DNA from: Tubiluchus corallicola
Taxonomy: Eukaryota > Animalia > Priapulida
Assembly (NCBI GenBank): GCA_030141605.1
Contig: JAQGDQ010000422.1
Location: forward strand, 137,862 to 201,861
Reading direction: 5' to 3'
DNA length: 64,000 nucleotides
Shown here: in pieces, positions 62,649 through 64,000 of the stretch
Layout of the letters: every line of letters begins with the position of its first letter
How positions within the stretch are numbered: the stretch's first letter is position 1
Position numbers and translations under genes: made by a program
The notes under the pieces: model-generated
Databases searched by the model: none
Seen by the model: the letters and a program-made list of their open reading frames with translations, nothing else
Told to the model about the DNA's origin: nothing

Positions 62649-63313
62649 GTTTGTATGATACCTTACATAATCATAATAATCATTTGATACATTATCATTA
62701 TATTTCAGAAAGTACAACAGTAAACTCTGCTTAATTCAAAATATATAACTCAAAACTTCGCCAACTCAAATAAAAAAATTACTGTCCATTTAATCAAAAT
62801 ACACGTAATTACATTGCCTAACTCAAAAATGCAATTTACATTCAAGAAAAATAAAAAATTTCGTACAACTCAAAAACAGTATTTTCTTCCGCGAAAATCC
62901 TGATGTCTTACAAGTCACCCCCCCCTCCCCCCCCCCCATTATTTTCTTATTGTCATATTGTTTAACAGCGTTGTACACGTGTTCTTTTGCAACTTTAAAA
63001 AATCGGGTCTCAGTAACTAATTTGTTATTTATTATGTAATTGTCATGAACTCTCATTGTTTATGTATAGAAGGGTTGACTTTCTGCCTTCTATTTAGCTC
63101 GTCATTTGGAGGAGGGGTTTAGAGTTTCTATGCTGGAAAATGCTCAAAGTTTACTGTAGTAACATCAATTATAAAAAGTGAAATTTTGCGGTTGCTTTCT
63201 TTTTTATTATTGAAATAGTAAAATCTGTAACTTATTTTCGAGAATATCTTGTATGTTCTTGAATCAAACCAATCTTCAATGTTGTAATACTCTTCAAAAG
63301 TCTGATGCATAAT

Positions 63314-63394
63314 ATACAGTTCATTTGAATAGCTTTTAGCCACAAAAAACTTAATACAGTTCATTTGAATAGCTTTTAGCCACAAAAAACTTAA
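63314..63394. repeat. Perfect 40-bp tandem duplication
   Basis: atacagttcatttgaatagcttttagccacaaaaaactta twice. Confidence 0.9.
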
Positions 63395-64000
63395 CTCTGT
63401 TTTCGTGCACTTTTTACAGAAAGAGCCTGTATTTTTTGCTGTTGCATGATGTGAAAAATAAAAACCAGTTGATTGTTCATTGCCGTCCTTGTTTTCTTCA
63501 AAAATTTAAGATCGCATTTTAACTTTGTTGCAAAAAAATCACTTCTAAACAATAATGGCATTTTAATGAATGAGCTGTGTAATTTGAATCTTTATAACTG
63601 CTTGTTGAGAATTTAACAATTTGTGCATGGAAAGACATTTTGTTTTACTTTATACCGTTGGCAATGGTACAAAATGCCTTGAAATTTTTAGCTATTGCAC
63701 TTTGTCCCATTTTTTGTGCTAAAGACTATAGGAAGTAGGTTGAACAATGCATATGATACAACAAACATTTAGTGCCTGGTTACCAGCCTCCAGCATCTAG
63801 CATTCGCAACGAACAATTAACAATAAAGCATCTGGTGTTCATTCCCTTCATTCTTCACAGAAACACCAAAATGGACAATATCAAATGTATTTCTCAATAC
63901 TTCCTTTTTGCGACTTTATTTATTTGCTGGCCTAGTCATAACCATAAATCGGAAGAACTTCCAGCGTCTGCTGCCAAAATCACCCATTGACAATATATAT

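Overview
AT-rich, intron-rich animal (invertebrate-like) genomic DNA, so the ORF track is mostly uninformative and genes had to be assembled exon by exon from GT-AG sites and reading-frame phase. Three spliced genes lie on the + strand. (1) The 3' catalytic-domain half of a PDE10A/pde-5-type cyclic nucleotide phosphodiesterase (65..10836). (2) A complete 7-exon VAT1 gene (14803..56175, 391 aa) with one 28.1-kb intron. (3) The first three exons of the GATOR1 subunit NPRL2 (59756..62648, continuing past the window). The most interesting feature is in the PDE gene: two tandem, paralogous 89-nt exons (7745..7833 and 8059..8147) that look mutually exclusive. The 225-nt intron between them holds one 'docking' sequence that can pair with either of two identical 11-nt 'selector' sequences, one of which covers the likely branch point of the second exon. 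This is a candidate RNA-structure splicing switch. The introns also hold many mobile-element relics: a full-length 5S-rRNA-headed SINE with a target-site duplication (TSD) and a truncated sibling, Penelope-like elements with inverted ends and hammerhead-ribozyme cores, a tRNA/5S hybrid-headed SINE family, hAT-, Harbinger- and Kolobok-like MITEs, CR1/L2 3' ends, a higher-order minisatellite and recent tandem duplications. Family assignments come from remembered motifs, not database searches.
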